DNA of 64,000 nt from a cyanobacterium endosymbiont of Rhopalodia gibba (GTDB lineage: Bacteria > Cyanobacteriota > Cyanobacteriia > Cyanobacteriales > Microcystaceae), in assembly GCA_045159875.1 (NCBI GenBank), contig CP067995.1, positions 320,001 to 384,000 on the forward strand. Direction: 5' to 3'. The translations under genes and the position numbers were made by a program. Of this stretch, positions 35,756-47,614 are shown piece by piece. Under the pieces are notes generated by a model. That model saw nothing but the letters and a program-made list of their open reading frames with translations, had not been told where the DNA came from and searched no databases. Position 1 is the first letter of the stretch. Each line of letters starts with the position of its first letter.

Positions 35756-37566
35756 ATTCTTCGGCTCAATGACTTTTACATTAAGTAAAAATAATTGGGT
35801 TAAGCTACTTAAAAAGATCTACCTGTGTCGAAATAAGCTACAAACTATCAATTCATATGCTTGTTCGCTGGCAACTCTTCGATAAACTCCTAGAATAAAC
35901 AGTTTACCTCTATTCTAGAAGTTTATTGAAAACTTCATTACTCATTTTTTACTTGATACATCTTTCCTGAGCAATAAAAATGCTTTTTAAAGTCTTCTGT
36001 CTTATCTTTTTTTTATCATTCGGACTTTATTTGTCCTTGAATAAAAGATATTAATTCTATAACTTTTTTAATAAATAGAATCTTTTTCTGTCTAGATCAG
36101 AAAAGTAATCTAACTAGTTTGAGTTGTTTAACTTTTTTACGATCATAGTTATGTTAAAGTTCAACAACCTCTTAGTAAATGAAGTTTTAACCTTGTTTTA
36201 ATGGATAGCTTGAGTTTTAACTTGAGTAACTATTTATCTAAAAAACTACTGAAAATGCCGGGAAATAATTAGAATATTTGGGTTTATTTGACAATTAACT
36301 TAAGTAGAAATTAAGTACTGTCTTATTTAAGAGTTATCTCAAATAAAATTTTGTTGACTGACTAGTATCTTAATCTATAAAAAAGTCAAATTACTAGTTA
36401 TTCTGATTTATAAATATTTACTACATTTGGTTTTTACTTAATTGTCAAAACTACTACAATGGTATCAGGTTAATCTATTCAATAGATATCAATAAACTGA
36501 AATGAGAGATAATATGTTGGTTGATATTTAGTATCAATTTTACAATCATTCTAAAACTTTTGTGTATTTAAACTATGGAAATAGCCCTATTTTTTAGGAA
36601 AAGATTTTTAATCAGAAATAATCTATTTCTAAAATAAAGACAAAAATTTTTTTACGTATTAAACACGATATTTTTTCGTCCAAAATCACAGTACTAGTAA
36701 ATTTTTTTAAAAAATATTTCTTTTTATCAGGGTTGATTCTACAGGGTAACTACTTGGATCGGCTATGCCGAACTTATAATTTATAATTTATAAGTAGAAT
36801 GCAAAATAAAGAGATTTTAAAATTAAAAGTTGACGCATTTTCTAAATTCATAAGCTCTTCTTTATAATTAGATTTAATTTATTATTAATAACTTTCACTA
36901 TCCTTAAATAAAAATAAGTCATGATTTCTTCAATACAACTCCTAATCATTCCACTGATCTGGATTAATAAATAAGCTTTTCGATATTAATTAACTAATTT
37001 CAATAATCCTGAACTTTAGTCTAAGTTTTTCTCTAAATTTAACGACAATTAATCTTAAAAGAGAAAGTTTTCTCTATCCAAGACAAATCTTTAATAATTT
37101 GTTCCTTATTCTAATAAAGTTTTTCAGATGCCATAAGTATCAATTAAGTTAAAGCATTGAGCTTAATATAATCCAATTGAAACATAAAATTCACTCGAGT
37201 ATTATCCATAGAATAATTATGACTTTTAATACGCTTGCTATTGAAAATAAAATTCTATCTTTGTATTTTTAAGCTTCACGTTATAGGTTTAATAAAGACT
37301 CATAATCATATGATATCGCAAAACTTTTAATATTTCATTTTAGTCATAACAATTTGGAGCAACAAATCAGGTAACCATTTCTAATAACGGGAACGCCATC
37401 GTTTTCTTGAGAGTCTTTTCGGATTAAAAAGATTTTTAATTAGTAAAATTAGGAGAACTATGCCATATATAGAAAAAAACAAGGCACACGACTAGGATAG
37501 GGAAATCTTTTTTAGAAGTTCGAACTCTAGAAAAGATATAGACGGTCGAGTGCCTTTAACATCTTA

Positions 37567-37734
37567 TTATTCGTCGTCGTCTTCGTCTTGGGGATAGACA
37601 AAGGTAGAACGTCCTGAAAGGACGGATTTACCTAAAGACAAAGCTTTTTCGGCTTCTTTGGCTGCTTGTTTCTTCCAATGTGCTTTGCGTTGATCGCGCT
37701 TGAGATTAGAGGTTTTCTTTTTTGGAACTGCCAT
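37567..37734 (-). CDS. rpmF: 50S ribosomal protein L32 (55 aa; absent from ORF track)
   Basis: Manual translation [55 protein letters not shown]. Confidence 0.97.
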   Translation of the reverse strand: MAVPKKKTSNLKRDQRKAHWKKQAAKEAEKALSLGKSVLSGRSTFVYPQDEDDDE

Positions 37735-38352
37735 AGTTCGTGATTATTGAGTGAGAAATTAGATAGCTTTCTTATTCTAATCGGTCTGGTCCAAATTTGT
37801 CTGGTCAACGGAAATTGAGTAATGTAAGTTTTGATATTGAGTGAAGTTGTAGGGGTATTGAAAAATTTTCGAGCAATAGCCTGAGCAATGATTATTCTCA
37901 GCATTGGCTACCGTTACAAGCTTGTGAAGCCAGTGCTCAAACTCTCTATCGAATTAATCATAATGCGGAGATTCCCAATGATCAATTAGTCTTATTGACG
38001 GACACCTCCCTTAAACTGAGACAGGAGCTTACTTATGATAAGACAGACAATATCAATCAATAGTTAGAAAATTGGCTGTCTCAACTCAAGCTTAATTGTT
38101 TTTTAGGGTTATGGAGTTAGTTATCAGGGAAAAGATTATCTAGTTGCCATATTTTCGCTGAAAAGTCCAGATAAATGGCAAGTTGTTAATAATCATTTAA
38201 ATAGTTAAATCCGTCTGGTCAAACCAGATTGATTTGTAAATTTCAGGGACACAGAGCCAGTAGAAACAAATATAACGGAAGATAAATGAGACAGACAAGA
38301 ATTATCTCAAATAATCTTCCATTAATGCCTATTATTGTTCTCCATATTTCAA

Positions 38353-39246
38353 CTAACTTCGTCGAAGAATTTGAATACAACACCATTCTTGTTGTTTGCA
38401 AATAGTAGTCACAACCCAACCATACTGTTCGAGGATATCAACGATAACTTGAGATTGATCAAGTAAAATACCACTGAAAATGCCCCAAGCGTTAGGTTTA
38501 GCTAAAGCCGTCAGTTGAGGAATTAGCTCAATGATAACTTCGGCTAGAATGTTACATAAAATACCATCTACGCCTTCGGGAACTAAATTTAAAATTTCTT
38601 GAACACTACCTTGGTTAATCACTAAAATAGACGGATGAATTTGATTGAGATGGCGATTATGACGGGCAGCATTTATTGCCAAGGGGTCGATATCCACAGC
38701 ATAAAGCTTAGCTGCTCCCAGCAAAATCGCCCCAATCGAGAGAATACCAGATCCAGAGCCAATATCAGCAACAATGGTTTCCCTGGTTGAATCTAACAAG
38801 TACATTTCTAAAGATTCTAGACATAATTGGGTGGTGGCATGGGTTCCTGTTCCAAAAGCTGCTCCTGGATCAAGGCGTAGAATGAAACGATCATTTTCTT
38901 GGGGGGGGGTTAACCAAGCCGGATAAATCAGAAAGTGATCACCTACTTTTGTGGGTTGCCAATGTTCCTTCCAGCTACTAGCCCAGTCTTCTTCATCAAT
39001 CAACTTCCAACTGGTTAATGGTGGAGGAAATCCTGAAAGCAAAGCATCCTCTTGTAGACATAGGGATAGAGCGGCTAAATCCGGAGAAACTTCTTGTATT
39101 TCAGGAATATAAGCGTAAATCAAATAGGATTTTCCCTTAATACTTTTAGCAGTGCCCGAACAGCCAAATTGCTCTAACCTCCAAAAAATATACTCTTCTA
39201 AATTTGCGTGACAAAGAATGCTAATTTCCCACCAGCTCATTGACAT
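38353..39246 (-). CDS. prmA: Ribosomal protein L11 methyltransferase
   Basis: DPGAAFGTGTHATT, DIGSGSGILS, NILAE. Confidence 0.97.
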   Translation of the reverse strand: MSMSWWEISILCHANLEEYIFWRLEQFGCSGTAKSIKGKSYLIYAYIPEIQEVSPDLAALSLCLQEDALLSGFPPPLTSWKLIDEEDWASSWKEHWQPTKVGDHFLIYPAWLTPPQENDRFILRLDPGAAFGTGTHATTQLCLESLEMYLLDSTRETIVADIGSGSGILSIGAILLGAAKLYAVDIDPLAINAARHNRHLNQIHPSILVINQGSVQEILNLVPEGVDGILCNILAEVIIELIPQLTALAKPNAWGIFSGILLDQSQVIVDILEQYGWVVTTICKQQEWCCIQILRRS

Positions 39247-39350
39247 TAAAGAGTTAAGTTAGTGACTGAGAAATAGTAAATTATCGATATCTTAAGCGTT
39301 ACTAGAGGATTTTTTAGCAAAACAGAAATTTTCTATGGAGAGTGTCAACA

Positions 39351-40928
39351 CTATAATTTAACCGTGTAGGCATCTCGAATGCCAGCTACTTTAGTAATTT
39401 CTGTCAGTAACCCATCAGGAAGGGGATCATCAAGACTCAAAGCCATCACCGCATCCCCACGAACAATTTTTCGTCCTACTTGCATACTGGCAATATTGAC
39501 ATTAAAACTACCAAGCAGAGAACCAATTTTACCGATAATCCCTGGCATATCGCGGTGTACAGTGAATAACATATAGTTACTGGGGGGAACGTTAATTGGG
39601 AAACCATCCACATCAGTAATCCGAATTTCTCCGTCACTGAGTAAAGCCCCTGTTACGGAATGTTCTCCCATCGATCCTTGGGCTGCTAGGTGGAGAGAAT
39701 CAGAATAGTCCCGAATTGTTGCATCACGAGTTTCAATAATTCTGATTCCTCGTTCTTTGGCTTCGATTGCCGCATTAACATAATTAACTCGTTCGCGTAG
39801 AGCTCGGGATAGCAGCCCTTTTATAGAAGCAATGATAAGGGGCTGACTTTTATTGGTTGCTAATTCTCCTTGAAGCCTTACTGTTAACCGTTCAATGCGT
39901 CCTCCTGCCAATTGTCCAACCAAATTTCCTAAGGTTTCGGCCAGTTGTAAGTAGGGGCGCAATTTTTCCATGACATCAGGAGTCAGTCCAGGGATATTAA
40001 CGGCTGAACGGGCAGGTAGTCCCAACAACACATCTCGAATTTGCTCAGCTACATCAATAGATACATTCACCTGTGCTTCGGCGGTGGAAGCTCCTAAATG
40101 AGGGGTTAAAAGCACATTATCAAACTTTCGTAGTTCAGATTCTCCGAGGGGTTCTTCTTCAAAGACATCTAGGGCGGCTCCAGCAATTTTTTTATTGGCA
40201 ATTGCTTCAGCCAAGGCAGGCTCATCAATAATTCCCCCGCGGGCACAATTAATCAAGCGAGCTGTAGATTTCATTTTGTTGAATGCTTCTGTAGAGATTA
40301 AATGGGTAGTTTCTGGAGTTTTAGGAATATGGAGAGTAATATAGTCGGATTCAGCAAAAAGTAAATCCAGATCCACCAGAGTACAACCCAATTGATCAGC
40401 GCGTTCTTTAGAAATAAAAGGATCAAATGCCAATAATTTCATGCCCATGGATTTCGCGACATTAACCACATGCGAACCAATTTTCCCTAACCCCACAACC
40501 CCTAAGGTTTTTTTGTAAACTTCAGCCCCAATAAACCTTTTTCGATCCCATTTCTTAGCTTTAACCGACCGATTTGCTTCAGGAATGTGTCGAGATAGGG
40601 ATAACATCATGGCTAAGGCGTGTTCAGCGGCTGCGATAGTATTCCCTTCTGGGGAGTTAACCACCACAATGCCTTGACGAGTAGCTGCCTTAACATCGAT
40701 ATTATCAACCCCAACCCCGGCACGTCCGATAATTTTGAGTTGGATTCCTGCTTCAATAATGGCTTGGGTAACTTGGGTTCCTGAACGAAGCATTAAGGCA
40801 TTATACTCAGGAATGATTCTGACCAATTCTTCTGGAGGAAGTCCAGTTTTGATATCTACTTGCGCCACTTGAGATAAGATATCGATTCCTGCTTTGTCAA
40901 TGGTATCGGATACAAGAACTTTTGCCAT
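39351..40928 (-). CDS. serA: D-3-phosphoglycerate dehydrogenase
   Basis: GRAGVGVDN, GLGKIG, INCARGG, TPHLGAST, C-terminal ACT domain. Confidence 0.98.
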   Translation of the reverse strand: MAKVLVSDTIDKAGIDILSQVAQVDIKTGLPPEELVRIIPEYNALMLRSGTQVTQAIIEAGIQLKIIGRAGVGVDNIDVKAATRQGIVVVNSPEGNTIAAAEHALAMMLSLSRHIPEANRSVKAKKWDRKRFIGAEVYKKTLGVVGLGKIGSHVVNVAKSMGMKLLAFDPFISKERADQLGCTLVDLDLLFAESDYITLHIPKTPETTHLISTEAFNKMKSTARLINCARGGIIDEPALAEAIANKKIAGAALDVFEEEPLGESELRKFDNVLLTPHLGASTAEAQVNVSIDVAEQIRDVLLGLPARSAVNIPGLTPDVMEKLRPYLQLAETLGNLVGQLAGGRIERLTVRLQGELATNKSQPLIIASIKGLLSRALRERVNYVNAAIEAKERGIRIIETRDATIRDYSDSLHLAAQGSMGEHSVTGALLSDGEIRITDVDGFPINVPPSNYMLFTVHRDMPGIIGKIGSLLGSFNVNIASMQVGRKIVRGDAVMALSLDDPLPDGLLTEITKVAGIRDAYTVKL

Positions 40929-41043
40929 GGTTACTCTATCTAGATCGCAGTTATTAGTAATGCTTGTTCAGTCTCTTATTGCAGTAGCTCATTGCTACCA
41001 CGACCCTGACTCTAAAATCTTTTGAGGACAAGGTTTCATGAAT

Positions 41044-41104
41044 TGAGGTTTATTCTGTAAGGATTCAGTTACCTTCAGGTGACTTTCTTACAGAATAAAC
41101 CTCA
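41044..41104. repeat. Long inverted repeat with inner hairpin upstream of serA
   Basis: Perfect 18-bp arms TGAGGTTTATTCTGTAAG / CTTACAGAATAAACCTCA enclosing AGTTACC-TTCA-GGTGACT. Confidence 0.9.
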
Positions 41105-41862
41105 TTTTCATTATTTCGCCTCATTTACCATACCTCATTACTTGATTTACTAACTCAATTTTTAATACAAAATTCTAATATAAAATTTACCGAATAACAC
41201 ACGCAACGCAAAATTCCCATTTTTATAAAATTAAAGATATCGCGCAAGCCAGATAGTTTATTTGCTATCTTGAGCAACTTATGCTGTGTCTTTCAAAGGT
41301 TGCCGGTTGACTGCGATTTTTTTGAGGCTCCATGTTTTTATTGTCTTCCAGCCGATTTTACGTTCGTTATAAAGTAATTTACTTCAATACATCTAAAAAA
41401 TTACATTTAGAAGTCTCTTCAGTCACTTTGACTACTAGATTTTTAATCTGCTTTCAGGAAACTTCTAAGTTATTGCTTTTAACTCTTAATTCTTAGTTTT
41501 TGATTTTTTAAATCGTTGTTTAGTCTTCAAATTAAGTTTGACGTCTTTCTAAAATTTTCTACTTCTTTATCTCTTGTATTTATTTTTTGATTTATTTATA
41601 AGAGGTTTTGGAAGTTTATAACAAAAAATAATGATGGTTTTCAAGCTTGTTAAATCTAGTTTTTATGACTCATATAATAATTCGTAACAATTTATTTACT
41701 TTTTAGAAAAAATAACTCTCCTAGCTTAGCAGTTATCAATTAACAAACCAGATAAAATATAAACTCTATAAAAGAGTGAAAAATAAAGGAGATTACCCAA
41801 TCAAAAAATAGCAATCGAACCAGTATTTATATTCTTTATATCCTTTTTGTCCGTGTACGTTT

Positions 41863-42990
41863 TTATAAGTCTTCGTCTCTGTGAGCAATTTCTGCTAAGC
41901 TTTGCTGATTATATAATCCCTGTAAGGTCTGGTGCTTGTCTCGACGGGAACGAAGGCGGTATTTTTTGCTTTCTAACTTAGGTTCATAATGTTCCTGTCC
42001 CGAAGTTTTTATTTTTAACTTTAAATTCGATTCTTGCTCTCCTATTTTGTTTTTAGTTTCTTTTCTGTTAATGGCTTCTTTCAGAAAAGTTGAATAATGT
42101 TCGTATCGTTCCCAATCATCATTAATGATACAATCAGGTTCTCCCCGATGTAAACAGTCATTGAATTGACAATTACCTGTCTTAAGTTGCCGTTTTGCTT
42201 CAGGAAAATATAAAACTAATTCCTGCGGACAACAGTCAAGATCAGGCTGATTAAAGCCAGGAGTATCTGCTAAAAATCCTCCCCCCGGAAGTTCGAACAA
42301 TTCGACATGACTGGTAGTATGACGACCTTTGTGGAGTTTTCCTGAAACTTTGGCTACTCTTTGGTCAACTTCTGGAATTAAAGTGTTAATCAAACTAGAT
42401 TTACCGACCCCTGAAGGACCTGCTAGGATAGTTATCTTGCCTTGTAGACGAGTGTTTAAGTCCTCTAAACCTTGATAATTTATCATACTAACAAAAGAAG
42501 GGTTATAGCCCCATTGTTCAATACGGTTTTGCCATTTTTTTCGTTTATCTTCGACGATTAAATCTAACTTGTTCAAACACAAACATAAGGATAAAGATGT
42601 TGATTCGGCTTTCACTAAAAACCGACTTAATTGCCAGGGATCGAGGGGAGGATTTTCTAAAGCAAACACTACGAGTATTTGGTCAGCATTGGCTACAGGT
42701 GGCCTGGAAAGTTCTGTTTTACGAGGAAGAACTTGAGCGATCACCCCCTGTCTATCTTGATAGTCGGGTTCTTCGATGACCACACGATCGCCTACCATCA
42801 CCTTTTGATTAATTTTCCTTAAACGAGTTCGTCGGGTACATAATAAAGAAAAAGATGATTCATAATTAACCACTTCAGATGGTTGATCTAAGCGAACCTG
42901 ATAGAAATTTGCTTGCACAGCAATTATTGTCCCCAAAGGTCGAGATAAAGTCGAATGGGGAGTAACATTACGATAGATGGAATCACTCAC
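41863..42990 (-). CDS. rsgA: Small ribosomal subunit biogenesis GTPase
   Basis: NKLD, GPSGVGKSS, GRHTT, DTPG, CxFxDCxHxxEPDC. Confidence 0.96.
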   Translation of the reverse strand: MSDSIYRNVTPHSTLSRPLGTIIAVQANFYQVRLDQPSEVVNYESSFSLLCTRRTRLRKINQKVMVGDRVVIEEPDYQDRQGVIAQVLPRKTELSRPPVANADQILVVFALENPPLDPWQLSRFLVKAESTSLSLCLCLNKLDLIVEDKRKKWQNRIEQWGYNPSFVSMINYQGLEDLNTRLQGKITILAGPSGVGKSSLINTLIPEVDQRVAKVSGKLHKGRHTTSHVELFELPGGGFLADTPGFNQPDLDCCPQELVLYFPEAKRQLKTGNCQFNDCLHRGEPDCIINDDWERYEHYSTFLKEAINRKETKNKIGEQESNLKLKIKTSGQEHYEPKLESKKYRLRSRRDKHQTLQGLYNQQSLAEIAHRDEDL

Positions 42991-43028
42991 AAAATAATAG
43001 ACTATAGATTATAGATTAATGACTCACT

Positions 43029-43268
43029 CTAGAGACGATAGACTTTCAAGGAAAAAAAGTCCTGACGGTATTCAATAGTTTTAATATGATAGCCTTCTAT
43101 GGTCAGACTATCGGGAACTTGTTCAATGGGTTCCCCTGGATCAAGCCATACTTCTAGTAATAAACCAGGGGACATTTGTTGTAATTTCAGTTTAGTGCGA
43201 ACAAAGTTAATGGGACATGGAGTTCCTCGTAAATCGAGTAAAGGAATTTCGGTAGTTGTTTGATTCAT
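43029..43268 (-). CDS. TusA/SirA-family sulfur carrier
   Basis: LDLRGTPCPINFVRTKL motif; ATG at 43268 preferred. Confidence 0.88.
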   Translation of the reverse strand: MNQTTTEIPLLDLRGTPCPINFVRTKLKLQQMSPGLLLEVWLDPGEPIEQVPDSLTIEGYHIKTIEYRQDFFSLKVYRL

Positions 43269-43406
43269 TTTTAGAATACCCCGTTGGCCGTTCACTCGTT
43301 ACCTTTTGCTTTTTTCATGAGCTTAGTTTGATATTAGACAATTGAATTGTGAAAAAATCATGACTTCTAATTCCCAACTCTCAACACCGAACTCAGGTTA
43401 ATGAGT

Positions 43407-44534
43407 CTATTTATGAAATAAGCTACCTAAGAAGTTTTCTAAACCGCCCTTACCATTACTTTTACCTTTAATGTGTGCTAGTTGCTCGAGAAGTTCTCGT
43501 TCTTCCGTATTAATGCGGGTAGGAATTGAGATCTTCACAGTAATTAAGTGATCCCCTCGAATGGAAGAGTTGCCTAATTTAGGAACCCCTCGATCTTCAA
43601 GCATCAGTTCTGTGTTAGGTTGAACCCCGGCTGGAATTTTCAACTCCTGGAGACCGTCAACAGTATTTATCTCGAGCGTACAACCTAGTATCGCTTGTAG
43701 ATAACTGATGGTAATTTCTGAGTGGATATTCATTCCCTCACGAGTGAACTCCTTGTCAGCTTCTACGAACAGGTAGACATAGAGATCACCTGGGGTTCCT
43801 CCTCGCATTCCTGCATCCCCTTCTTTAGCTACCCGTAGACGGGTTCCGTTATCAACACCAGCAGGGATCGTAATTTTGAGTTTTTTTGTTTCTTGTTTAC
43901 GACCACTACCCCCACAAACTTCACATTTTTCTTCAATAACTTCTCCGGACCCATTACAAGTAGGACAGGTGGAGACTTGAGCAAAACTTCCGAAAGGGGT
44001 ACGGGTTGCTCTTCGGACCTGTCCATGCCCGTCACAGGTAGGACAGGTGCGAGATCCAGTTCCTGGTTTAGCTCCGCTACCATTACAAACTTGACAGTTT
44101 TCTAGATGGGGAATGCGGATTTCTTTTTCGCCTCCAAATACTGCCTCACTAAAACCGAGTTTTAAATCAAGTCGGAGATCATCTCCTCTGCTAGGACCAC
44201 CGCCACGACGGGTTGTTCCGGTTCCTACTCCACCACCAAAACCACTAAAGATAGTTTCAAAAATATCAGCGAAGCCCCCCATGTCACCATAGTCAAACCC
44301 GGAGGCTCCAGCACTATTGACTCCGGCTTCTCCAAATTGATCGTATTTGGCACGAGTCTCTGATTCTGATAGGACTTCGTAAGCGCGGTTAATCTCTTTG
44401 AAACGTTCTTCTGCTACCGATTCTTTATTGATGTCGGGATGGTATTGGCGGGCTAGACGGCGATAGGCACGTTTAATTTCTTCTTTCTTGGCATTACGGG
44501 AGACACCAAGGATTTCGTAGTAGTCACCTGACAT
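43407..44534 (-). CDS. dnaJ: Type I DnaJ chaperone
   Basis: J domain with HPD, G/F region, four CxxCxGxG repeats. Confidence 0.98.
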   Translation of the reverse strand: MSGDYYEILGVSRNAKKEEIKRAYRRLARQYHPDINKESVAEERFKEINRAYEVLSESETRAKYDQFGEAGVNSAGASGFDYGDMGGFADIFETIFSGFGGGVGTGTTRRGGGPSRGDDLRLDLKLGFSEAVFGGEKEIRIPHLENCQVCNGSGAKPGTGSRTCPTCDGHGQVRRATRTPFGSFAQVSTCPTCNGSGEVIEEKCEVCGGSGRKQETKKLKITIPAGVDNGTRLRVAKEGDAGMRGGTPGDLYVYLFVEADKEFTREGMNIHSEITISYLQAILGCTLEINTVDGLQELKIPAGVQPNTELMLEDRGVPKLGNSSIRGDHLITVKISIPTRINTEERELLEQLAHIKGKSNGKGGLENFLGSLFHK

Positions 44535-44785
44535 AGGGCATTGATCGTAATTATTGGGCTATTGGGTTTAGAGATAAGCTTGATTTTTACTTTAGCAAAC
44601 TATCGGCAAGAAAACATCATCAGGTTTTGTTCTTCCGGTTTTAAGGGTCTGCGGGTTGAAGATTCAGAGTTTTGTTTTTTGACTCCTTACACACATCACT
44701 TTAATGTTTTGTTAGTGAAAATTTTGAACAATTGATTTGTTATAACACCAAAAGCATATGGAGTAAGCAAAAAAATCTTATCAGT

Positions 44786-47248
44786 TCACTTTCCCTGAGG
44801 TTCTAAAGCAGCTTTAGGATACACAATTCTTTGATGATGGAATTGCTGCCAAACCTTAACAAACACCTCAGCAATGATAGGTAGCTCCTCATATTTAATT
44901 CCTGAATCCTTCAATTGATTATCTCGCCATCGAGCTTTAAAAATTTTATGAATCATGGCCAAAGCGGTTTCCGGGGTAGTTTCTTTCAAAGATCGTAACG
45001 CTGCTTCACAGCCATCGGCCAACATCACAATCCCCGTTTCTCGTGACTGAGGAATGGGACCTTTATAGCGAAACTCTTCTTCACAAATTAGTTTTTCTCC
45101 GTCTTTTTCTGCCTGTTGTTTAGCCTGATAATAGAAATACGAAATTAACAACTTTCCTTGGTGTTCAGGAATAAAATTCCGAATCACTCGTGGCAAACCA
45201 TACTTACGAGCCATGATTAACCCTTCGGTAACGTGCTTTTTTATGATTTCCACACTTTGCCAAGGATCATTGATTTCATCGTGTTTATTAGGCGCACCCA
45301 TTTGATTTTCAATGAATCCCAAAGGGTCGTGCATTTTCCCAATGTCATGATATAGAGTTCCCGTCCTTACCAACTCGACATTACAATGAAGTTCTCTAGC
45401 GGCTGCTTCGGCCAAACAAGCCACAAATAGAGTATGTTGAAACGTTCCGGGCGTTTCGGTCGATAAGCGTTTGAGCAAAGGACAATTAGGGTTAGCCAAT
45501 TCTACTAACCGAATGGGAGTCACCAAATCAAACAAACGTTCTAGATAAGGAGAAATTCCTAAAGCCATGACACTCCAAAGAAACCCAGATAGACCATAAA
45601 TAATTGCTCCTGGCAACACTGCTGACCAAATTGTCCCCGCCACTGGTGCGATAATTAAGTAAATGGGAAAGTAAAGGCCTCCTTGAACCATGCCCACCCC
45701 TCCCCCTAAACGGGCTAATTCATCTCGTGAACGGAGTCGTCCAGCCATTAACCCGGCCAATAAACCTCCTGCAGTTCCTGCTAAAACATAACTCCAATTT
45801 ACTGTTCCTGCAGTAAATGTCGATAAACCACTTAACAATAAAACTTGAGTAACTGCTAACGTAGGGCCATAGAAACTACTTGTTAATAATCCAATAGCCG
45901 GCAAATTAGTATAACCTAGGTTAAAAATTGCCAGAAAGGGAGTACTTAAACTTAATAAACAGAGTAAAAAATGATCGCGGCGACGCATCGGACGATGAAC
46001 ATGACGAGTCACCATGCAAAAAACTGTTACTCCTCCTGCTACTAGAATCACAGAAATCCCTAATCCTAACCAATTGATGCCCCGGCGACTTAACCCAAAG
46101 CTGTCGAGTAAGATAAAATCTGCTTGGCTGATCGTTTCATTGGCTTTGACAATGACATCTCCCTGTTGAATTTCAACAATTACCGGTTCTACGGCTTGAG
46201 CCGCTTGTTCAGCTTGTCTTTTAGTTTCTTCTCTATCTACCGTTAAATTATGTCGATTTTGAAATACAGACATGAGCAGTTTTTGCCCCATTATCTTGCT
46301 AGAAAAAGGTATTGACGGATCAAATTGTATTTTAAGAATATCTTGCAAAAGATTATTGGGCATTCCGGCTGGAATCCCTTGAATCAAAATTTTTTCAGTG
46401 GTGTTGAGTAGTGCTTTTTGAGTATTTTTCCAAGTAGACTCATCTAAATTGAGAAAGGCAACAGCTATTTCTAGTGATAAGTAAGGACTTTTAACACCAG
46501 CTAAAATTGATTTAGCCTTACTATACCGTTGACGAGCCTGGCTCATCTTTTCTAAAAAAGTTTGGAACTCTGTTCCTGTAGTAGTTTGCCGATAGTCTTT
46601 TAGCTCAGTTAAGATTTTTTTAAAATCGGGGGATAATTCGGATATTTTTTCAGAGAAGTTGTCAATATCATTAGGAATTAACTGGGCTTGAGCCACATTT
46701 AAAACTTTTTGCCAATCTTGTTCAGAAAAAGATCGTAAATTTTGTTGGGTGGGCAAGGGAAGCTGTTGAACACTAGCTACAGGAAAAGGATTACTTATGT
46801 TTCGTAATTGTTGCATACTAACTAGCGCTTCCTTCACAGTCAATTCCAACTGACTGGTTAATTTGACATCCCGTTGCAATACAGGAATGATCCCAGTTCG
46901 AACTTCTTTTCGTTTTTCCTCAGTAGTTTTGAGATCTTCAAAAGTTCCGTCCTCAGGAGCAATAATAGTTACTGGAGAAATAGTTCCTACAGCTAGTTTT
47001 GGTTGATTGTAGAAACGATAACTAATTACACTAGTCAAGGATATAATCGCTAATCCCCACATCATGGGTGGGTGAATTTTTCTCAAGGATGATGAGCTAT
47101 GCAATTTTTGAAAAAAATTAGGAGCATGGTTTGACTGAGACTTGTGGGGCATAGGTGAAGCATCAATGTTCCTAAAAAGCGAAAACCTAAAATTTTGGTA
47201 GTTTTTACGCCATTTATCTAGGCTTTGGGTTAAATGAAGCTTTTTCAT
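44786..47248 (-). CDS. 7TM-HD (HDIG) phosphohydrolase, PgpH-like putative c-di-AMP phosphodiesterase
   Basis: N-terminal TM, extracellular domain, multi-TM region, PGTFQH, YHDIGK, IKKHV, PEHQG, MLADGCEAA. Confidence 0.88.
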   Translation of the reverse strand: MKKLHLTQSLDKWRKNYQNFRFSLFRNIDASPMPHKSQSNHAPNFFQKLHSSSSLRKIHPPMMWGLAIISLTSVISYRFYNQPKLAVGTISPVTIIAPEDGTFEDLKTTEEKRKEVRTGIIPVLQRDVKLTSQLELTVKEALVSMQQLRNISNPFPVASVQQLPLPTQQNLRSFSEQDWQKVLNVAQAQLIPNDIDNFSEKISELSPDFKKILTELKDYRQTTTGTEFQTFLEKMSQARQRYSKAKSILAGVKSPYLSLEIAVAFLNLDESTWKNTQKALLNTTEKILIQGIPAGMPNNLLQDILKIQFDPSIPFSSKIMGQKLLMSVFQNRHNLTVDREETKRQAEQAAQAVEPVIVEIQQGDVIVKANETISQADFILLDSFGLSRRGINWLGLGISVILVAGGVTVFCMVTRHVHRPMRRRDHFLLCLLSLSTPFLAIFNLGYTNLPAIGLLTSSFYGPTLAVTQVLLLSGLSTFTAGTVNWSYVLAGTAGGLLAGLMAGRLRSRDELARLGGGVGMVQGGLYFPIYLIIAPVAGTIWSAVLPGAIIYGLSGFLWSVMALGISPYLERLFDLVTPIRLVELANPNCPLLKRLSTETPGTFQHTLFVACLAEAAARELHCNVELVRTGTLYHDIGKMHDPLGFIENQMGAPNKHDEINDPWQSVEIIKKHVTEGLIMARKYGLPRVIRNFIPEHQGKLLISYFYYQAKQQAEKDGEKLICEEEFRYKGPIPQSRETGIVMLADGCEAALRSLKETTPETALAMIHKIFKARWRDNQLKDSGIKYEELPIIAEVFVKVWQQFHHQRIVYPKAALEPQGK

Positions 47249-47614
47249 CGTATGTGAGGTCGCTGAAAAGATATTAGGAGCGTAATAGAGAGCCCTAAGA
47301 AATACGCCACTAAATTAAACTAGGGTAGATCTATCTTGAAATTCGGCCATGACAAAACAATCTCAATTGAATCACCGACGTCTTTAACTACTTTACTGTT
47401 TCTCTCTGGAAATGGATTTAGTTTTAGGTATTATGACTCTTCTAGAATAGTTGTAAAAAAATTACACATAGACAAAGGATAAAGGTCTCACTTTGCAAGG
47501 CTTCTAAGATTCCAAAAACTTTATTTTTATCATAGATTGGGTTTTTGGAGTTATAGAATTTAATTGGGTTAAGATTCTTGGAAGTTATTAGCTACTAGTT
47601 TATTATAGTCTTCT

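Noticed and set aside
37632..37904. 90-aa ORF on the minus strand
   Set aside because: Overlaps rpmF in another frame; rpmF is the real gene
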